A stretch of 64,000 nt of DNA from Planctomycetota bacterium (lineage in GTDB: Bacteria; Planctomycetota; B15-G4; SIAN01): assembly GCA_031409275.1 (NCBI GenBank), contig JANNXA010000051.1, forward strand, positions 356,809-420,808. The letters run 5' to 3'. Positions 28,976 to 38,914 of this stretch are shown here, one piece after another (position 1 is the first letter of the stretch; every line of letters begins with the position of its first letter). The position numbers and the translations under genes are program-made. The notes under the pieces were generated by a model. The model was given only the letters and a program-made list of their open reading frames with translations, ran no database searches and was not told the DNA's origin.

Positions 28976-30208
28976 TCAGCTCGACAGGTTGCGCAGATCG
29001 TGGCCGAGCTTGTCGCGCTTGGTGCGCAGGTAGTCGCGGTTCAGATCGTTGGCGACCGTTTCGAGCGGCACGCGCTCGACGATCTCGAGGTCGTAACCAC
29101 GAATCGCGTGGTACTTGCGCGGGTTGTTGGTGAGCAGGCGCAGGCGCAGGATCCCTAGATCCCGCAGGATCTGCGCGCCGATCCCGTAATGGCGCACGTC
29201 GTCGGGCAGCCCGAGCGCTCGGTTCGCCTCCACCGTGTCGAGCCCCTGGCCCATCTGCAGCGCGTAGGCCCGCAGCTTGTTCTCGAGTCCGATCCCGCGC
29301 CCCTCCTGCTGCATGTAGAGCAGAGCACCAGTTCCGACCCGAGCGATCTGGGCGAGCGCGGAATGGAGCTGAGCGCCGCAATCGCAGCGCAGCGACTCGA
29401 TCAGGTCACCCGTGAAGCACGACGAGTGCACGCGCACCAGGATGGGCTCGGCAAGCGGGCCGGTTCGGACGGCAGGATCGGGGATCCCCATGGTCAGCGC
29501 CACGTGCGGATCGCGGTCCACGAGCGAGCGATAGAGGTGGACGTCGAACTCGCCGTAGCGCGTCGGCAGCTTGATCGACACGGTGCGTTCGATCAGCCGT
29601 TCGTGGGCGCGGCGCCACTCGATGATCTCGGCGATCGAGGTCATCTTGAGCCCGTGGGTCGCGCAAAACACCTCGAGGTCGGGGACGCGCGCCATCGTGC
29701 CATCGTCGTTCAGGATCTCGCAGACGACGCCGGCTGGCTGCAGGCCGCTCATCTTGCAGAGATCGACGATCCCTTCGGTGTGGCCGGTGCGGACCAGGAC
29801 GCCGCCCGGTTCCGCACGCAGCGGCGGGATATGGCCGGGCCGGACCAGCTCTTCGGGCCGGCAGTCGGGTCGCGCGGCGGTCCGGATGGTGAGCGCGCGA
29901 TCCGCCGCCGAGATGCCCGTGGTGATCCCGAATCGCGCGTCGATCATGACCGTGAATGCCGTGCCGTGGCGTGCCGTGTTCTGCCGCGCCTGCGGCTCGA
30001 GGCCGAGCCGGTCGATGCGCTCGGCCGCCATCGGCATGCAGATCAACCCACGCCCCATGCGCGCCATGAAGTTGATCGCCTCAGGCGTGGCGAGCTCCGC
30101 CGCCATGCAGAGGTCGCCCTCGTTCTCGCGATCCTCGTCGTCCACGACGACGATCATTCGCCCGGCGCGCAGCTCGTCGAGGATCTCGTTCATTGGCGAC
30201 AAGGACAT
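28976..30208 (-). CDS. ribBA: Bifunctional DHBP synthase / GTP cyclohydrolase II
   Basis: VDDEDRENEGDL, RTGHTE, RVHSSCFTGD..SLRCDCG, QEGRGIGL and LLTNNPRK. Start ATG 30208. Confidence 0.96.
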   Translation of the reverse strand: MSLSPMNEILDELRAGRMIVVVDDEDRENEGDLCMAAELATPEAINFMARMGRGLICMPMAAERIDRLGLEPQARQNTARHGTAFTVMIDARFGITTGISAADRALTIRTAARPDCRPEELVRPGHIPPLRAEPGGVLVRTGHTEGIVDLCKMSGLQPAGVVCEILNDDGTMARVPDLEVFCATHGLKMTSIAEIIEWRRAHERLIERTVSIKLPTRYGEFDVHLYRSLVDRDPHVALTMGIPDPAVRTGPLAEPILVRVHSSCFTGDLIESLRCDCGAQLHSALAQIARVGTGALLYMQQEGRGIGLENKLRAYALQMGQGLDTVEANRALGLPDDVRHYGIGAQILRDLGILRLRLLTNNPRKYHAIRGYDLEIVERVPLETVANDLNRDYLRTKRDKLGHDLRNLSS

Positions 30209-30279
30209 CGGCGGCTCCGCAGCGAGGCTCGATCGGGACCGGGGAGCAGCGTAGCCGGCCTCGCGGCGAGGACGAGGCG

Positions 30280-31998
30280 TCAGGGATAGGTGACGTCGAG
30301 GCGCAGCACGTCGAGGTGCAGCGTGCGCAGCGGAGGCGAACGCGACCCGGGAAGTGGCAGAGCGCTGACCCGCAGCCGCACCTCGAGGGTGAGCGGGTCG
30401 AGGTAGTCGCTCGGGGGCGACAGGGTCAGGCTCTTGGCCACGTCGTCGATGCCGACCGCGTCGAAGTCGAGGACCTCGTAGCGGCCGAGCGACACATTCC
30501 AGGCCTCGATCTGCTGCGGGACCCCCGAGGTGGAGTAGCTCGACTCGACCTCGGCGACCAGCGCGGTCGGATTCGCGGCGTTCAGGGCGAAGGTCGCCCC
30601 AACCCGCAGCGGCCGCGGCCGGCGCCCCGTCGTGACGTCGACGATCGAGTAGTCGACGTCGTCGCTCGCTTCCGCCCCCGAAGGCGCGCCGCTCTCGGTG
30701 GTGCCCGGCTCGAACGACCACTTCACCGGATCGACTTCATCGGTGACCGGTCGCACGCGGATCACCCGCTGTCCGGTGTGGTCGACCAGATAGAGGTAGC
30801 CGTCCGGACCGAGCTGCGCGTCGGTGACGACGCCGAAGCTCTTCCCCCACAGCAGCGAATCGCGCTCGACCGAGTCATCGGCGACCTGATCGGCAAGGCC
30901 GCCCGACAGGACGAAGGAGTGACGCGCCGCGTCCAGCTTCGCCGCGTAGAGCTGCTTCAGGTTGTTGTCCGCGAAGACGCAGACGTTGGCGAGGTCGTGC
31001 GGAAAGAGCTTCGACGTCAGGAAGGTGATCGCCGTGATCCCGACCGGCTTCTTGAACGAGTAGACCGGGTCGAGATAGGCCGAGTTCTGCAGCACGACGA
31101 GATCGGACTCGTCATATGCGACGAAGCCATTCTCGAAGTAGGTCGCATCGCGCGCGTCGGGCCCCATGAGCTTGAGCCAACCGCTGTTCATCCCTCTCGG
31201 CACCCGGCAGATCTCGTCGTAGTTGCTCGAGCCGTTCTCGGTGTTCCACAGCTCGCCGGTCACCGGATCGAAGCAGAGGCCGAATCCGTTGCGCAGCCCG
31301 TAGCTCCACCACAGGTGCAACGCCGTGTCGGACTCGCCGACGAAGGGATTGTCGCTCGGAATGGTGCCGTCGGGGCGAATGCGGAAGATGCCGCCGACCG
31401 AGGCGCTGCCGCTCGCCGCCGTGTTCTGCTCGACGCGCTCCTTGCCGCCGAAGCGGCCGCGATTGAGGTCGCCGGTCTGCCCGTAGAGCATCCCGTCGGG
31501 GCCAAAGCGCATCACGCCGCCGTCGTGGTTGGGTCCGTTGCCCTGCGCGGCATCGCTGGGGAATGCGACCAGCGGTCCGAAGACGCTGCCCAGCGTGGTG
31601 CCGTTCCACGTGTAGCGTTCGACGCGATTGTCGGCCCAGCTCGCGTTCACGTTGGTGTCGCCGCCGGTCGTGCTCTTCGAGTAGTAGACGTAGACGTAGC
31701 CGTTGTGAACGAAGTCGGGGTCGGCGACGATGCCAAGCCCGCCGCGCTCCTGGTCGATGTTGACGGGGAGGTCGAGCGCGTCGCCGACGATGACCCCGTT
31801 CTTGACCCAGCGCACCTTCCCATCGTGCTTCTGGAAGAGCAGCATCTCGCCGGCGCCGATCCACGCGAACGTGGTCGGGTTGCTCGAGAATCCGCTGGCC
31901 CAGACGGAGAGCCGAAGGCGCGGATCGACCAGCGTCTGCGCGCGCGCGCTGACGGGCGACGCCCCCACGATCAGGAGAGTGCACAGCCACTTCGACAT
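30280..31998 (-). CDS. PQQ-dependent soluble sugar dehydrogenase (GSDH family) with C-terminal beta domain, paralog B
   Basis: Signal peptide, ERGGLGI..DPDF, HDGG.MRFGPDG.LY and YGLRNGFG..FDP.TGELWNTENG. Confidence 0.85.
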   Translation of the reverse strand: MSKWLCTLLIVGASPVSARAQTLVDPRLRLSVWASGFSSNPTTFAWIGAGEMLLFQKHDGKVRWVKNGVIVGDALDLPVNIDQERGGLGIVADPDFVHNGYVYVYYSKSTTGGDTNVNASWADNRVERYTWNGTTLGSVFGPLVAFPSDAAQGNGPNHDGGVMRFGPDGMLYGQTGDLNRGRFGGKERVEQNTAASGSASVGGIFRIRPDGTIPSDNPFVGESDTALHLWWSYGLRNGFGLCFDPVTGELWNTENGSSNYDEICRVPRGMNSGWLKLMGPDARDATYFENGFVAYDESDLVVLQNSAYLDPVYSFKKPVGITAITFLTSKLFPHDLANVCVFADNNLKQLYAAKLDAARHSFVLSGGLADQVADDSVERDSLLWGKSFGVVTDAQLGPDGYLYLVDHTGQRVIRVRPVTDEVDPVKWSFEPGTTESGAPSGAEASDDVDYSIVDVTTGRRPRPLRVGATFALNAANPTALVAEVESSYSTSGVPQQIEAWNVSLGRYEVLDFDAVGIDDVAKSLTLSPPSDYLDPLTLEVRLRVSALPLPGSRSPPLRTLHLDVLRLDVTYP

Positions 31999-32046
31999 CG
32001 CGGAAACCCCCAAGAAGTTCGATCCGAACCGAGCGACGGGCCTCGC

Positions 32047-32760
32047 TCAGCTCATGCGGCGCACGCTGCCGTCGGCTCGCGACCCAACGAGGACGAAGTC
32101 GACGAGGTCGACGAAGATCCCGTGCTCGACCAGGCCCGGGATCGCGTCGAGCGCGTGAGCCAGCGCCACCGGATCGGGGATCGAAGGGAACTTCGCGTCG
32201 ACGACGAGGTTGCCGTGGTCGGTCACGACCGGCCCATCCTTGCCGCCGCCCTTGCGCAACTGCGGCGTCGCGCCGAGCGCCAGCAGCGCCCGCTCGACCG
32301 TGCGCAACGCGATGGACAGCACCTCGAGCGGCACGGCCCACTTGACCCCCAGCACGTCGACGAGCTTGCCGTCGTCGACCAGCACGACGAAGCGAGTCGC
32401 GGCCGTGGCGACGATCTTCTCCTGCGTGTGCGCCGCGCCGCCGCCCTTGATCAGCGCAAGTTGCGGCGACACCTCGTCGGCGCCATCGAGCGCGAGATCG
32501 ATGCGATCGACGTCGTTCAGCGCGCGCACGTCGAGCCCGGCGTGGCGCGCCAACTCGAGTGCCGACCACGAGGTCGGCACGCCGACCATCGAGAGCCCTT
32601 CCTCGCGCCGTCGGCGCCCGAGCTCCGCGATGGCGAAGGCGGCGGTCGACCCGGTGCCAAGCCCTACCACCATCCCCGATTCGACCAACGCGGCCGCCGC
32701 GAGTCCGACCTTGCGACGCGCCTCGAGCTCGATCGGATTGGCGCTCTTCTGCACGCTCAC
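32047..32760 (-). CDS. rpiA: Ribose-5-phosphate isomerase A
   Basis: GLGTGSTA, DGADEV, LIKGGGAAHTQEKIV, VVTDHGN and IPGLVEHGIF. GTG 32760 overlaps the upstream stop. Confidence 0.96.
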   Translation of the reverse strand: MSVQKSANPIELEARRKVGLAAAALVESGMVVGLGTGSTAAFAIAELGRRRREEGLSMVGVPTSWSALELARHAGLDVRALNDVDRIDLALDGADEVSPQLALIKGGGAAHTQEKIVATAATRFVVLVDDGKLVDVLGVKWAVPLEVLSIALRTVERALLALGATPQLRKGGGKDGPVVTDHGNLVVDAKFPSIPDPVALAHALDAIPGLVEHGIFVDLVDFVLVGSRADGSVRRMS

Positions 32761-34493
32761 GGGTAGGTGACGTCGAGCCGGAGCATGTCGATGAAGAGCG
32801 TCTGCCGCTTGGCGCTGAACGGCACGCGCCACGGCTTGAGCGGCAACGCGGAGATCCGCGTCAGGACGGTGAGCGTCGTCGGATCGACGTAGTCGGCCGG
32901 AGTCGCGAGGACCAGGCTCTTCGCCTTGTCCGTGTTGCCGATGACATCGAGGTCGAGCTTGACCCAGCGCGCCTGCACGACGTTCCATGCCTCGATCAGC
33001 TGCGTGACGCCCACTCCCTTGCGGCCGAAGCGCGTCTCGACCTGCAACGTGATCGCCGTCGGCGTCGCGCTGTTGAGCACGCATTCGGTTCGCACGGTCA
33101 GGCGGGTGGGGAAGGGCGTCAGCGTGGCGTCGGAGAAGGAGTAGGTCTTGTCGTCGCTGGTCTCAGCGTTCTCCGGCGTGCCCGCGATGATCAGCCCCGG
33201 GTCTGGCAGCCAACGACTCGGATCGACCTGGTCCGTGACCGGGCGCACGCGCACGATCCGGTTGCCGGCCAGGTTCACCACGTAGAGGTAGCCGTCCAAG
33301 CCGATCTGCGCGTCGGTCACGACGCCCCAACTGCTGCCCCAGAGCAACTTGTTGCGCTCGGTGGTGGTGTCAGCAACCTTGTCGGTGAGGCCGCTCGGCA
33401 GTTTGAACTCGGTCCGCGAGCTCTTCATCTCGGCGAAGAAGAGGCTGCCGGTGTTGTTGTCGCCGAAGATGCAGTGGTTCACGAGATCGTCGGGGAAGAG
33501 CTTCGATCCGAGGAACGCGATGGCGGTGATGCCGATCGGCGTCTTGAGCGAGAAGACCGGATCGAGGTAGGCCGAGTTCGTCAACGCGACGAGGTCCGAT
33601 TCGTCGTACGGCATGTTGCCGTTCTCGCCGTAGGTCGCGTTGCGGGAGTCCGGGCCCATGATCTTGAGCCAGCCGCTGTTCATCCCCTTCGGCACCCGGC
33701 AGACCTCGTCGTAGAGGTTCGGGCCGTTCTCGGTGTTCCACAACTCGCCGTTCACGGGATCGAAGGTCATCCCGAAACCGTTGCGCAGCCCGTAGCTCCA
33801 CCAGAGGTGCAGCGACGTGTCGGCCTCGCCGACGAAGGGGTTGTCGCTCGGGATCGTGCCGTCGGTGTTGAGACGGAAGAGGCCGCCGACGATGGCGCTC
33901 CCGCTGGTCGCCGTGTTCTGCTCGACGCGCTCGTTGCCGCCGCCGAAGCGACCGCGATTCAGGTCGCCGGTCTGGCCGTAGAGCTTGCCGTCCGGCCCGA
34001 TGCGGATGACGCCACCATCGTGATTGTCGCCGTTGCTCTGCATCGAGTCGAACGGGAACGCCACCAGCGGCCCGAACACGCTGCCGAGCGTGCTGCCATT
34101 CCACGTGTAGCGCTCGACACGGTTGTCGGCCCAGCTTCCGCTCGCCGACGTGTCGCCCGACGTGGTGCTCGCCGAGTAGTAGATGTAGACGAAGCCGTTG
34201 TTCGCGAAGTCGGCGTCGGCGGCGATGCCGAGCCCGCCGCGCTCGCTCGAGTTGTTCACGGCAAGGTCGAGCGCGGTGCCGAGGATCGCTCCGTCCTTCA
34301 CCCAGCGCACCTTGCCGTCGTTCTTCTGGATGACCAGCATCTCGCCCGGACCGATCCAGGTGAACGTGGTCGGGCTCGAAAGGCCGGTCACCCAGTTCGC
34401 CAGACGCAGGCGCGTGTCGACCAAGGTCTGCGCCGGAGCGATCGCCGGCAGCGCCGCGATCCAGACGAAGGAACGAACGAGGTGACGCATCAC
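32757..34493 (-). CDS. PQQ-dependent soluble sugar dehydrogenase (GSDH family), paralog A
   Basis: Same motifs as 30280-31998, and both proteins end in LRLDVTYP. Confidence 0.85.
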   Translation of the reverse strand: MMRHLVRSFVWIAALPAIAPAQTLVDTRLRLANWVTGLSSPTTFTWIGPGEMLVIQKNDGKVRWVKDGAILGTALDLAVNNSSERGGLGIAADADFANNGFVYIYYSASTTSGDTSASGSWADNRVERYTWNGSTLGSVFGPLVAFPFDSMQSNGDNHDGGVIRIGPDGKLYGQTGDLNRGRFGGGNERVEQNTATSGSAIVGGLFRLNTDGTIPSDNPFVGEADTSLHLWWSYGLRNGFGMTFDPVNGELWNTENGPNLYDEVCRVPKGMNSGWLKIMGPDSRNATYGENGNMPYDESDLVALTNSAYLDPVFSLKTPIGITAIAFLGSKLFPDDLVNHCIFGDNNTGSLFFAEMKSSRTEFKLPSGLTDKVADTTTERNKLLWGSSWGVVTDAQIGLDGYLYVVNLAGNRIVRVRPVTDQVDPSRWLPDPGLIIAGTPENAETSDDKTYSFSDATLTPFPTRLTVRTECVLNSATPTAITLQVETRFGRKGVGVTQLIEAWNVVQARWVKLDLDVIGNTDKAKSLVLATPADYVDPTTLTVLTRISALPLKPWRVPFSAKRQTLFIDMLRLDVTYP

Positions 34494-34610
34494 GATGCTC
34501 CAGCGGCGAGGTCGAGGGGCGAACGCCCGGCAGGGCGCCCTTCCTAGCGCAACCCCGCCGATTTGGGAAGCGACGCACTTTCGGTGCCGAGGTCGTCCGC
34601 TCCGCCGCGT

Positions 34611-37136
34611 TCAGCTCGTCGTCGTTGGCGGCTCCGGTGCTGGCTCCGTCGGCGGGAGTTCCGCCGGCTCACCGCCATCGGCGTCGTCGTGCACGAGTCG
34701 TCCGACCGAGGCGACCTGATCGGCGTCGCTCTTGAAGCGGACCAGGCGAACGCCCTGCGTGTTGCGCCCGAGCGTGGAGATGCCGCGCACCGGAGTGCGC
34801 ACCACCAATCCCTGCTGCGTCGCGACCAGCAAATCGTCCTCGTCGGTCACATCGAGCACGCCGACGACCGCGCCGTTCCGCTCCGTGGTCTTGATGTTGA
34901 TGATCCCGAATCCGCCGCGCCCCTGGACGCGATACTCCTCCAGCGGGGTGCGCTTGCCGAAGCCGTTGGCACAAACGGTGAGCACGGTCGCGTTGGGCGG
35001 CGCGAGGATCAGGCTCACGACCGCGTCCTCTTCGCGCAGGTTCATGCCGCGGACGCCGGTGGCGGGCCGCCCCATCGCGCGCACGTCCTCGAGTTCGAAG
35101 CAGATCGCCTGCCCGTCGCGCGAGGCGAGCATCACGCGATCGCCTTCGCGAGCCACGCGAACTCCGACCAGCGCGTCGCCCTCGTTCAAGCCGATGGCGA
35201 TGATCCCGCCCCGCATCGGCCGCGAGAACGCCGACAGTTCGGTTCGTTTGATGACGCCGCGGCGCGTGGCCATCACGAGGTAGCCGGTCGTGAACGTGCG
35301 GACCGGGATCACGCGCGTGATCTTCTCTTCGCCCTGCAGTTGCAGCAGGTTCGCGATCGCGCGGCCACGCGAATAGCGCGACAGCAGCGGGAGCTGGTAC
35401 ACCTTGAGCCAGTGCACGCGCCCGCTGTCGGTGAAGAGCAGCAGGTAGTCGTGGTTGTTGGCGATGAAGACCTGCTCGACGAAGTCCTCATCCTGCGCGT
35501 CGGTGCCGATGATCCCCTTGCCGCCGCGCCGCTGCGCGCGGTACTCGCCGGAAGAGAGGCGCTTCACGTAGCCCTTGCGGCTGATCGTGACCGTCATCTC
35601 CTCGTCGGGGATCAGGTCCTCGGGCACGGTGTCGTCGAGCGGCTCGCCGATGTCGGTGCGGCGCGCGTCGCCGAATTCCCGCGCGGTCTTCTCGACCTCT
35701 TCCTTGACGATGCGGTCGACCTCCTTGGGGTCGCCGAGGATCTTGCGGTAGCCAGCGACTTCGGCGGTGACCTCGCGATGCTCCTGCTCGATCTTCTCGC
35801 GCTCGAGCGCGGTCAGGCGATGCAGGCGCAGGTCGACGATGGCATCGGCCTGCCGCTCGGACAGGGCGAACTTCGCCATCAGGTTGGTCTTGGCGTCGTC
35901 GCGGTCGGCCGAGGCGCGGATGGTCTTGATGACCTCGTCCATCTGCGACAGGACGATCAGGAACCCTTCGAGGATGTGCAGGCGATCGAGCGCCTTGCCG
36001 AGCAGGAAGCGCGTGCGTCGCGTGACGACGATGCGCCGATAGGCGACGAACTCGACCAGCAGGTCCTTGAGCGACAGCGTGCGCGGCCGGCCGTTGACCA
36101 GCGCGATGTTGATGATCGAGAACTTGTCCTGGAGCTGCGTGTACTCGTAGAGACGGTTGAGGACGACCTTCGCGTCTTCGCCGGCGCGGCACTCGACGCA
36201 GATGCGGATGCCGTCCTTGTCGCTCTCGTCGCGGACTTCGTTGGCGCCTTCGAGGCGACCATCCTTGATCAGCTCGGCGATCTTCTCGATCAGGACGGTC
36301 TTGTTGACCTGGTAGGGGATCTCGGTGATGACGATGCGCTGGCGATTGCCCTTGGCGCCGAACTCCTCGAAGACCGCCTTGCCACGCACAACGACGTAGC
36401 CGCGACCGGTGCGATACGCCTCGCGCACGCCGTAGGTGCCGCACAGGATCCCGCCGGTCGGGAAGTCGGGCCCCTTCACCAGCTCCATCAACTCATCGAC
36501 CGTGATCTCGGGGCGATCGACGACTGCGGTCAGCGCCGCGCACACCTCGGTGAGGTTGTGCGGCGGCATCGAAGTCGCCATGCCGACGGCGATGCCGTTG
36601 CTGCCGTTCACCAGCAGGTTCGGGAAGCGGCTCGGGAGGACGGTCGGTTCCTGGCGCGTCCCCTCGTAGTTGGGGACGAAGTCGACCGTGTCGAGCTCGA
36701 GGTCCTCCATGATCGCCGCGGTGGCGGCGGTCATGCGCGCCTCGGTGTAACGCATCGCGGCCGGCGGATCGCCATCGATCGAGCCGAAGTTCCCTTGGCC
36801 CTGCACCAGCGGGTAGCGCATGTTGAACGGCTGCGCCATGCGGACCAGCGTCGGATAGATGACCGACTCGCCGTGCGGGTGGTAGTTGCCCGACGTGTCG
36901 CCGGCGATCTTGGCGCACTTGCGCTGCTTGCTGCGCGGACCGAGGTTCAGGTCGTTCATCGCGACGAGGATTCGTCGCTGCGAGGGCTTCAGGCCGTCGC
37001 GCACGTCGGGCAGCGCGCGGCTGACGATGACCGACATCGCGTAGGACAGGTAGCTGTCCTTCATCTCCTGCTCAAGCAGGAGCGGGCGTTCGTTCGAGGG
37101 CAGGTCGGCGACAGGCAGATCAGGAGTATCGGGCAC
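34611..37136 (-). CDS. gyrA: DNA gyrase subunit A
   Basis: YAMSVIVSRALPDVRDGLKP, YHPHG, AAMRYTE (catalytic Tyr), GyrA-box QRRGGKG and C-terminal pinwheel repeats. Confidence 0.97.
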   Translation of the reverse strand: MPDTPDLPVADLPSNERPLLLEQEMKDSYLSYAMSVIVSRALPDVRDGLKPSQRRILVAMNDLNLGPRSKQRKCAKIAGDTSGNYHPHGESVIYPTLVRMAQPFNMRYPLVQGQGNFGSIDGDPPAAMRYTEARMTAATAAIMEDLELDTVDFVPNYEGTRQEPTVLPSRFPNLLVNGSNGIAVGMATSMPPHNLTEVCAALTAVVDRPEITVDELMELVKGPDFPTGGILCGTYGVREAYRTGRGYVVVRGKAVFEEFGAKGNRQRIVITEIPYQVNKTVLIEKIAELIKDGRLEGANEVRDESDKDGIRICVECRAGEDAKVVLNRLYEYTQLQDKFSIINIALVNGRPRTLSLKDLLVEFVAYRRIVVTRRTRFLLGKALDRLHILEGFLIVLSQMDEVIKTIRASADRDDAKTNLMAKFALSERQADAIVDLRLHRLTALEREKIEQEHREVTAEVAGYRKILGDPKEVDRIVKEEVEKTAREFGDARRTDIGEPLDDTVPEDLIPDEEMTVTISRKGYVKRLSSGEYRAQRRGGKGIIGTDAQDEDFVEQVFIANNHDYLLLFTDSGRVHWLKVYQLPLLSRYSRGRAIANLLQLQGEEKITRVIPVRTFTTGYLVMATRRGVIKRTELSAFSRPMRGGIIAIGLNEGDALVGVRVAREGDRVMLASRDGQAICFELEDVRAMGRPATGVRGMNLREEDAVVSLILAPPNATVLTVCANGFGKRTPLEEYRVQGRGGFGIINIKTTERNGAVVGVLDVTDEDDLLVATQQGLVVRTPVRGISTLGRNTQGVRLVRFKSDADQVASVGRLVHDDADGGEPAELPPTEPAPEPPTTTS

Positions 37137-37251
37137 GGATCCTCGGCCTCCCCAGAGCGGTCGGACCTGCCACGGCCCGCCAAAAGCGCCGGCGCAGGAA
37201 GGCGGGGATTATCTCAGGTTGCGCCCGCAAACGAGCGCCCGAGAAACGGGC

Positions 37252-38901
37252 TCAGAACCATCCGTTCAGCAGGAGCAGCGCGCCGCCAGCCGCCACGAAA
37301 TAGGCCGCCAGCCCGCGCAGCTCTCGGCGCAGTCGAATCGGAAAGGGCGCCGCCACCCGCCGCGCGAGCCCGGGCGCATCGTCCCCAAGCGAGCGGGCGT
37401 CAGCCGGGAGCGGCTCGGCCGCCTCGGGGTGGGGCCGGCGCAGCAGGACTCCGCTCGCCGCGAGGGAGAGGAGTGCGACCGCGATCTGTGCGCCGGTGCC
37501 AAGCACCAGGATCCGCCACGCCACGAGCGCGAGGCCGAACAACGCACCGAGCAGCCCGAAGACGCGCCCCCCTTCGCCTCCTTCCACCCGCCCGCGGAAG
37601 AGCTCGACGAAGGGCAGGCTCGGCGCTCCGGCGCGGCCGCCCACCAGGGCGAAGGTCGACGCCAGCAACCCGACCGCGCCCGCCGCGAAGCCGAACGCGA
37701 CGCCGCGGGCGTGAATCAGCAGCGCCATGACGACGACGGCCAGCGGCAGCGCGACGCTGTACCACAACGCCTTGCGCGCGCCCCCCTCCAGCGAGCGGCT
37801 GCGCGCAACGCCCAGGAAGCGCAGCAGGAACCCACCCGTCGGCGAATCGCTGTAGCGCAACAGCAGGCAAGAGAGCGCGAGCACAAGCGCCGGAAGCTGC
37901 GCGAACAACAGCGCGAAGAGGCCGCCGTCGTCCTGCCCGCTTCCCATCGCCAGGAACAGCAGCGGATAGGCGAGCAGCGGCAGCGCCTGCAGCCGGAAGC
38001 TCCGCTCGCGACGCAGCAGCCGCAGCGCCAGCCGAAACGTCGGGCGCTCAGCGACCGTCACGGCGAAGCGCTCGAAGGCGCGCCGCCACGGCGGCGGCGC
38101 ATCGGCACGCCGAGTCGGAGGGGTCGCCGCCAGCTCTTCGAGCAGCGGCAGGTAGCCGCGCGCTGCCGCCAGCAGCGCCAAAGCGACGGCCGCGCACGCC
38201 AGCGGCACCAGCCAGGCAAGGCCAGCGACCGCGGGTTCGCCGTCGGCAAGGAAGAGGGCGGCGTCACTGAACCACGCGCTCGGCAGGAGCGGCAGGCGAC
38301 TGCCTTGCGCCAGCGCGCGCGCCGACGAAGCGGGCATCGCGAGCCACCCTCCGGTCGCCACGACGAGCAGCAACGCACGCACCCAAGCGAGCGTCTCGCG
38401 CAAATGCGCGCGCGGCAGTGCCCGGCGCAACCAGAGCAATCCGAGGATCGCGCCCCCCGCGATCGTCGCGGCGAACAGCAGGAAGAGCAGCGCGAAGGTG
38501 ATCGCACGCGCGAACGCGCCATGCACCAGGAGCGCCGCGCAGCTCGGCAGGATCAGGGCGAACGCCTTCGCCGACACCGGCAATGCGAGCGCGCCGAGTC
38601 GAGCGTGGGCGTAGGCGACGGGTGCGATGGGATAGCTGCGCAGCAGCTGCAGATCCCGCGGATCGAGCCAGGCGCTTGCGACATCCCCGACCGCGTCGAC
38701 CAGCGCGAAGAGCCCGAGCAACGCGAAGCAGAGGCCCGCTGCGGCGCGCCCTTCCTCGGCCGCCGCGATGCCGGCCACCAGCGCCCCCACGAGCGTCGAG
38801 AAGAGGATCCCGGACAGCAGTGTCGCGCTGCCGAGCCCGGCCGCCTCGACCACGTCGAGGCGCAGGCAGTGCAGCAGGAGCGCCCGCGTGCTTCGGCGCA
38901 T
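37252..38901 (-). CDS. Polytopic membrane protein, probable ABC-2-type permease partner
   Basis: Many hydrophobic helices and DLQLLRSYPI, in an operon with an ABC ATPase. Confidence 0.65.
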   Translation of the reverse strand: MRRSTRALLLHCLRLDVVEAAGLGSATLLSGILFSTLVGALVAGIAAAEEGRAAAGLCFALLGLFALVDAVGDVASAWLDPRDLQLLRSYPIAPVAYAHARLGALALPVSAKAFALILPSCAALLVHGAFARAITFALLFLLFAATIAGGAILGLLWLRRALPRAHLRETLAWVRALLLVVATGGWLAMPASSARALAQGSRLPLLPSAWFSDAALFLADGEPAVAGLAWLVPLACAAVALALLAAARGYLPLLEELAATPPTRRADAPPPWRRAFERFAVTVAERPTFRLALRLLRRERSFRLQALPLLAYPLLFLAMGSGQDDGGLFALLFAQLPALVLALSCLLLRYSDSPTGGFLLRFLGVARSRSLEGGARKALWYSVALPLAVVVMALLIHARGVAFGFAAGAVGLLASTFALVGGRAGAPSLPFVELFRGRVEGGEGGRVFGLLGALFGLALVAWRILVLGTGAQIAVALLSLAASGVLLRRPHPEAAEPLPADARSLGDDAPGLARRVAAPFPIRLRRELRGLAAYFVAAGGALLLLNGWF

Positions 38902-38914
38902 CGCGAAACGGCGT

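Noticed and set aside
30209..30279. FMN riboswitch upstream of ribBA
   Set aside because: The spacer is only about 70 bp and lacks the RFN consensus.
34611..37136. parC rather than gyrA because no gyrB is adjacent
   Set aside because: The intact GyrA-box QRRGGKG and full C-terminal pinwheel support gyrA. Split gyrA/gyrB loci are common.
34563..37730. 1055-aa plus-strand ORF (also 30193-32766, 54393-56900, 51751-54243, 21961-23691, 3739-5772)
   Set aside because: Antisense shadows of clearly identified genes (gyrA, GSDH, CRTAC1, FG-GAP, secreted protein, ubiD).
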